Of a DNA stretch of 64,000 nucleotides, positions 58,801 to 64,000 are shown piece after piece. The notes under the pieces are model-generated. The model did no database searches. It was not told where the DNA came from and saw only the letters and a list, made by a program, of their open reading frames with translations. Position 1 is the stretch's first letter. The number at the start of each line of letters is the position of its first letter. The stretch comes from Spirochaetota bacterium (lineage in GTDB: Bacteria; Spirochaetota; GWE2-31-10; JAFGQB01): assembly GCA_016935915.1 (NCBI GenBank), contig JAFGQB010000009.1:99-64098 (forward strand). Direction: 5' to 3'. A program made the translations under genes and the position numbers.

Positions 58801-60555
58801 TTAGATTTTTCTTTGAAAAATTTTTTCCAGATATTCATTTGTGATTTCAAAATGAATAGGACGTCCATGCGGACAGTTATATACCTTATTTTCAAAATAT
58901 TCATTCACGATCTCATTTAATTCAATTAATGATAATTTGTCCCCTTTTTTTACCGCTTCTTTACATGAAAGCTCTATTAATATTTCATCAAGCAAATTTA
59001 TCTTGTTATAATTATTTACATTTTCCAAAAAATTTTTAATGATTTCAACGATTATATCATAATTTTTTCTTTCCAGAAGTATTGATGGTGCTTCTTTTAT
59101 AACAATGGTCAGACCTTCCTGAAGCTCTATAAGAAAACCATTTTTATTTAAAGAGATGATTCTCTCTTCAAGGTCATCCCCGGGATTGTCCAGATCAAAA
59201 AGTATTGGAATAATCAACTTTTCTATATCAGGATTTTTCTGGTATTTATTTTTTTTTCTATTAAATATTACTGATTCACAGGCTGCATGCTGATCTATGA
59301 AAATAACTTTATCCTCTTTTTGTACTATTATATAAGTGTCAAATACCGTAGCGAGTATATTAAATTTATTTAATCTTTCATTATCATTTTTTATATATTC
59401 ATTGACAATGTCTTCAACCGGATTTTTTATGTAACCTGTATTTAACACTTCATTGAAATATTTTGAGTTTTTGTCATTTTCATTAATTCCGAATGAAAAT
59501 TTAAGCTGGTTGTTTTGTTCTGTAATTTCATAATTTTCATTTATCAGTTCCCTATTTAATTTTTTATTTAAAAGATGTTTAAGCGAATCATGAATAATTT
59601 TAAATATCTCATTTTGATCAAAGAATTTGATCTCTCTTTTTGCAGGATGTATATTTATATCTATTAATCTGGGATCAATATCAAGGTTTAAATAAACAAG
59701 AGGATATCTTCCGGGTGACAAAAAGCTGCGGTAAGCGCTGTCCACTGCGGCATAAAAAAAGTTAACCCAGACAGGTCTTTTATTGACAAATATTTCCATG
59801 TATTTTCTGTTTTGAAAAAAGACGTCAGGATCGGTATAGTATGCATGTATTTTTATGTCATCATTTATTTCAATTTTTTCTTCATTTATTAAAAAAGGAT
59901 TTTCATTGCCATATATATTGAAAAAAGCATTTGTGAAGTTTCCGTCCCCCATAGTTGCGAATATCCTCTGGTTGTTATGATATAGATTAAAAGAAATGTT
60001 TAGATTTGAGAGTGCTTTAGCCGCAACAGTTTTTTTTATGAAATTCCATTCTGAAACCGGGGATTTAAGAAATTTTTTTCTTGCAGGGAGATTGTAGAAC
60101 AAATCAGAAATTTCAACCTTTGTGCCTTTTTTAAAAGGTACGTTTTCAATAACATCAAGCTTTCCTTTTAAATTGGATATCCTGCTGCCTGCGAGTTTTC
60201 CTGATGCATCTGTATTGGTTGTTAAAGTTATTTTTGAAACAGTCTTTATGGAATGAAGCGCCTCTCCTCTAAATCCCATTGAATTTATTTTAAAAAGATC
60301 GTCAATATTTTTTATCTTGCTTGTTGCATGCATCGAAAAGGCGAGTTCAATATCATCTTTGTCAATACCTGATCCGTTATCCGCAATGATGATCTTATCG
60401 ATGCCGCCTTTTTCAATCATTATACTTATCTCATCTGCAAGGGCATCAATGGAATTATCGATAAGTTCTCTGACAACTGAGGCAGGCCTGTCTATTACTT
60501 CGCCCGCTGCTATTTTTGAGTAAACTTCTTTTGGTAAAAGTTTGATCTTATTCAT
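58801..60555 (-). CDS. mutL: DNA mismatch repair endonuclease MutL
   Basis: KIAAGEVIDRPASVVRELIDNSIDA, GFRGEAL, LFYNLPAR, DINIHPAKRE, DQHA, CPHGRP. Confidence 0.96.
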   Translation of the reverse strand: MNKIKLLPKEVYSKIAAGEVIDRPASVVRELIDNSIDALADEISIMIEKGGIDKIIIADNGSGIDKDDIELAFSMHATSKIKNIDDLFKINSMGFRGEALHSIKTVSKITLTTNTDASGKLAGSRISNLKGKLDVIENVPFKKGTKVEISDLFYNLPARKKFLKSPVSEWNFIKKTVAAKALSNLNISFNLYHNNQRIFATMGDGNFTNAFFNIYGNENPFLINEEKIEINDDIKIHAYYTDPDVFFQNRKYMEIFVNKRPVWVNFFYAAVDSAYRSFLSPGRYPLVYLNLDIDPRLIDINIHPAKREIKFFDQNEIFKIIHDSLKHLLNKKLNRELINENYEITEQNNQLKFSFGINENDKNSKYFNEVLNTGYIKNPVEDIVNEYIKNDNERLNKFNILATVFDTYIIVQKEDKVIFIDQHAACESVIFNRKKNKYQKNPDIEKLIIPILFDLDNPGDDLEERIISLNKNGFLIELQEGLTIVIKEAPSILLERKNYDIIVEIIKNFLENVNNYNKINLLDEILIELSCKEAVKKGDKLSLIELNEIVNEYFENKVYNCPHGRPIHFEITNEYLEKIFQRKI

Positions 60556-62743
60556 TTTTGTTCTTTATTTTTTGATACATTACAAGTGGTTTTATCTTTA
60601 CGCCGCAGTCAAACATGAAACCGGTATGCCAAGGATTTGAAAGTACAAAGATTTCAGGGAAAATGCTTGCCCGTAAATCGATGTCCAGTCCTGTTAACGG
60701 AGAAATTGTCAAGCCCATATGTAATATGCTGTTTTTTCTTAAATTAGAAAGCCCCTGAAATGATACTCCGATATATTCAAGTTCGAATAGTGTGAAAAAT
60801 GCAAATCTGACCTTCCATTCATCATTTGAATCCAGAAGAAGTTTAAAATAAATTTTATCGTAATATTCAAGGAATGTCATCTGATATGAGAGGTCGATAA
60901 ATATGAATTTTGTGATTTCAAAATTGAAAAGCACTCTGAATCCGTAATGCTGATCTGTGTGAACTATTCCTCTTTTCAGCATTAATCTCATCCAGTCTTC
61001 AATATAATCAGGGTTTAATTCTCTTTTTATCATGTATAAATTATCAAAAATTCCAACTTTATTTAATCCGGAATCATATACAAACTCACTTTGTATCGCA
61101 AATCTTAATACTCTGAAAACAAATCCTGTGGATGCAGAAAAGTTGTTTAACATTGCAGGTGGCATTTCATCCAGTAAAGTTTTGAAAAGCGAGGTTTTAG
61201 TATAATTGTTATATGAGAAAGGCATATATGCCCCGAATGATGAAAAAAGAGAAAATCTCATGAAATTGACATTAAATGCATCATAGTCGACTGTTGCATT
61301 GAATTGCCCCGGGAAGAACGACTCTTCTGTTTCAAACTTCATGAAATTATAGAAGTCAAAAAATGATGAGAGCCTGAATCTCAAACGATTGCTTGTAAAA
61401 GGGGTCATGAACATCAGTTCCAATCCGTACAAACCTTTAGGCAGTACATCTTCGGCATAAATCGTTCCTTCAAACCACCTGAAATTTATTTTAAAAGACA
61501 TGGATGATTTTCTATATTCGGGATGGAAAATGAACGAGTTGTAACTTACGAGAGAATAAGTTAAGAAGTCTGAAATATCGTAAATATCACCGTAATTAAT
61601 TATAAAAAGTTTATCCGGATGGGTATATTTTATTTTATTTATTTTTAAAAGAAGGTCTGAAAATATATCAAAAACCATTCTGTCCGCTGCTCCACCCTGA
61701 TCTGAACCGAAAGACCATTCATTATTGACTCCGTTGACTTTCATGAAACGGTTTTCATTCATTGTATTGTATGGGGCGTAATAAACAGGCAGATACAGTC
61801 CAAGTTCAAACCTGTCATTAAAATTGATCGACGGGTCCAATGCAAATTTGATTCCGATATCATTGTTAAATCCTATTGCCGAAATTTGAATAGACAATAG
61901 ATCTGCAAGAAGTTTAGCTTTATCGATTTTCCTGATGTCTGATGTTTCATCTTTTGTTTCGCTGATAAGGGGTTCTTCTCTTTTTAAATCTATATCCTTA
62001 TTTACAGCAATCATTTTATCAAGATCGCTGAAATTCATTTTTTCCAGATATACATTTTTATCTTCTATAATTGAGTTCACTGAAAAGATCATCCTGCTTT
62101 TCCACAGACTGAATATTTCCCTGCTGATTTTTTTCGGTTTTAAAACATTGAATCCCGTAAACTGGCACATGTAATATTTTTGGACGATTTCTTTGTTTGA
62201 AGCATTTCTCAATGAAGTAACTTCAAGACTGCCGTTGAATACGATGAAATATCCTTCTCTGATATTTGAGTTGATATCGACCTTGCTAATTACACCAAAT
62301 TCGGCATTTGTGGAAATTGATCTGACTGTTTCGGAATTATAATTTATCTCTCGTTTTTCCCTTAAGGATACCCTGATACCGCCGTATTTTACATTCAGGC
62401 TGATCAGTGATTTAACCTGATCAATATTGAATGTTAAATCTGTATTTTCAGCAATGAATATATAGGAATGTATCTCTTCTCCCTGATATAAAATCAGTTC
62501 TATTTTTTGATTGTCTTTAGTGATTATTACGACATTGGAAGATATAATGTCGTTGTCCATTATCTGTGCGCTTTCATTTTCAATATAAACTGCCGGCATA
62601 TCATTGTTTGATGATGTTATCCTGGTAACTATTGCATAAATTTCTTTTTTTTCCTGCTGTGTTTGAGCATTTACAAAAGAAGTTGAAATTAACAAAATAA
62701 TAATAAATATATATATAATTATTTTATTATATGACAAATGCAA
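60548..62743 (-). CDS. Exported protein with FecR-like N-terminal domain and probable beta-barrel C-terminal region
   Basis: Signal peptide; FIAENT..VKYGG..VFNGSLEV FecR-like pattern; aromatic amphipathic strands in the C-terminal two-thirds. Confidence 0.55.
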   Translation of the reverse strand: MHLSYNKIIIYIFIIILLISTSFVNAQTQQEKKEIYAIVTRITSSNNDMPAVYIENESAQIMDNDIISSNVVIITKDNQKIELILYQGEEIHSYIFIAENTDLTFNIDQVKSLISLNVKYGGIRVSLREKREINYNSETVRSISTNAEFGVISKVDINSNIREGYFIVFNGSLEVTSLRNASNKEIVQKYYMCQFTGFNVLKPKKISREIFSLWKSRMIFSVNSIIEDKNVYLEKMNFSDLDKMIAVNKDIDLKREEPLISETKDETSDIRKIDKAKLLADLLSIQISAIGFNNDIGIKFALDPSINFNDRFELGLYLPVYYAPYNTMNENRFMKVNGVNNEWSFGSDQGGAADRMVFDIFSDLLLKINKIKYTHPDKLFIINYGDIYDISDFLTYSLVSYNSFIFHPEYRKSSMSFKINFRWFEGTIYAEDVLPKGLYGLELMFMTPFTSNRLRFRLSSFFDFYNFMKFETEESFFPGQFNATVDYDAFNVNFMRFSLFSSFGAYMPFSYNNYTKTSLFKTLLDEMPPAMLNNFSASTGFVFRVLRFAIQSEFVYDSGLNKVGIFDNLYMIKRELNPDYIEDWMRLMLKRGIVHTDQHYGFRVLFNFEITKFIFIDLSYQMTFLEYYDKIYFKLLLDSNDEWKVRFAFFTLFELEYIGVSFQGLSNLRKNSILHMGLTISPLTGLDIDLRASIFPEIFVLSNPWHTGFMFDCGVKIKPLVMYQKIKNKNE

Positions 62744-64000
62744 TCTCCAGTCTTATAAATTTTTGAATTTCATTTTTAAATTGATCCATGTTCATTTCCC
62801 ACAGATATTTATTATTTCCGTCTGGCAATATCTCTTTTGTATTAGTTATTATACCGCCGTTTGCCAGATATTCATAGGCATTTTTTTGTGCAGGATTATT
62901 AATTTCATCAGTGACCTGAGGAATGCACCATGCAGGCCTTTGTATGCCGATCTGAAGGCTGAAGCGCGCACTGTAAAATTTCAGGCTTGCTTCAGTATAA
63001 AATCTGAAATCCCTTGTCAATGAATCTATTGTCCCTCCTCCCCCTGATTCTATATAGATTAAATTTACACCTGTTTCATAAAACATACTTATCGACAATC
63101 CCTTAATAACTGTGTCATCCAGTGTAAATTTCATGGAAAATCTTGATGCAAAAACATCCTGAATTGGCATTTTTAGTACTGTTATAAATTTTATTTTTTC
63201 ATTCAGCGCATAAATCCCGAAACCAGCCATGATAAAAGGTGTAAAATCAGTATTGTCTTCCAATCTGGTATATTGTTTGACCCTTAAAATTTCATAATTT
63301 GATGAGAAATAATCAATAAAAAAATGAGGCGACTCAAGTATAAAGCCGGCAATAATCCCCAGAAGAAATCCTGAATTTTTTAAGTTTATTACTTTTATTT
63401 CACTTCCTATATTAAAGGAACCGCCGATACCGAAATTTTGTTTGTTGTCCAGCAGTAATACGTTTTCATTAAAAACATTCAGTTTAAAATGATCATAGGG
63501 CCATGTAAATATTTCATATATTGACCAGAATAAAGGAAATGAAGTGACATAATTATAAGGCGATCTTGTAAAATTCCTGTGATTTGTTAATTTTTCATTA
63601 TCGCTTAATTTTTCAACATTTCCGTAAGTAAAAACACTTAAATCTTTTTTTAAACCGCTTACCCTGTTTGATTCCGTTGCATTTATGTCAGCAGCAACAG
63701 ATGTACCGGTTTTTAGGGAAAAAACATCCCTGAAAGGGGTAAAATGAAATATGTCAATATTGGCATCCAATGCAAATATGTCGGGGTCCAAAAGATCGTT
63801 TATTATAAAAACCGCTTCAATAGGAAGAGCTGGAAGTTTAAACTTATCAAGATTATTTGCGTTGAATTTTAAAAACAAACCCTGTTCTTTATCAATAGGC
63901 TCAAATGCATAATTGTGAAAATCTTTTAATAATAGACCTGTTCCGAAGGTTGTTACCGGGTTTCTGCCAATGGTTCCGAATACAGGGCTGTCCTTGGTGC
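62727..64000 (-). CDS. Hypothetical probable outer-membrane protein, 5' end beyond window
   Basis: The frame stays open from TTG 63878 to the window edge (…FGTIGRNPVTTFGTGLLLKDFHNYAFEP…); beta-strand-rich. Confidence 0.65.
   Translation of the reverse strand, partial: TKDSPVFGTIGRNPVTTFGTGLLLKDFHNYAFEPIDKEQGLFLKFNANNLDKFKLPALPIEAVFIINDLLDPDIFALDANIDIFHFTPFRDVFSLKTGTSVAADINATESNRVSGLKKDLSVFTYGNVEKLSDNEKLTNHRNFTRSPYNYVTSFPLFWSIYEIFTWPYDHFKLNVFNENVLLLDNKQNFGIGGSFNIGSEIKVINLKNSGFLLGIIAGFILESPHFFIDYFSSNYEILRVKQYTRLEDNTDFTPFIMAGFGIYALNEKIKFITVLKMPIQDVFASRFSMKFTLDDTVIKGLSISMFYETGVNLIYIESGGGGTIDSLTRDFRFYTEASLKFYSARFSLQIGIQRPAWCIPQVTDEINNPAQKNAYEYLANGGIITNTKEILPDGNNKYLWEMNMDQFKNEIQKFIRLEIAFVI

Noticed and set aside
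124-63023. Numerous 60-155 aa ORFs overlapping larger genes (e.g. 124-420, 749-1045, 15666-15977, 38931-39353, 42395-42820, 56981-57448)
   Set aside because: They are antisense or alternate-frame shadows of well-supported genes, with no motifs or RBS.

Overview
AT-rich (roughly 30% GC by eye) bacterial chromosomal window with about 45 protein genes. The mix of FecR/beta-barrel envelope genes, a CHASE2 cyclase, PilZ-like and PEGA proteins suggests a free-living spirochaete, but that is inference. Core genes are mtnA, recG-rsmD, trpBA, mutL, a fatty acyl-CoA ligase, tRNA-Glu(CTC), transporters and signalling proteins. There is no CRISPR array, intact transposase or phage. The most unusual signals are mostly non-coding: (1) an orphan array of seven 12-bp TGACA-N2-TGTCA-type palindromes at strict 23/22-bp spacing between convergent genes (17046-17200); (2) a dispersed 40-65 bp element with six copies and a strand bias; (3) a degenerate duplicate of the trpB promoter and first codons 4.9 kb upstream, bracketing two envelope genes; (4) a tRNA-Ala(GGC)-like gene lacking the G3:U70 identity pair; (5) a MITE-like element containing a cruciform. 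On the coding side, the candidates for undescribed systems are a tandem YfhO-like GT-C / radical SAM / GtrA / methyltransferase locus, a five-gene all-exported FecR/beta-barrel operon, and a shared C-terminal 'helical hairpin + terminal aromatic strand' module on three unrelated exported proteins. All family calls are from motif recognition by eye; no searches were run.
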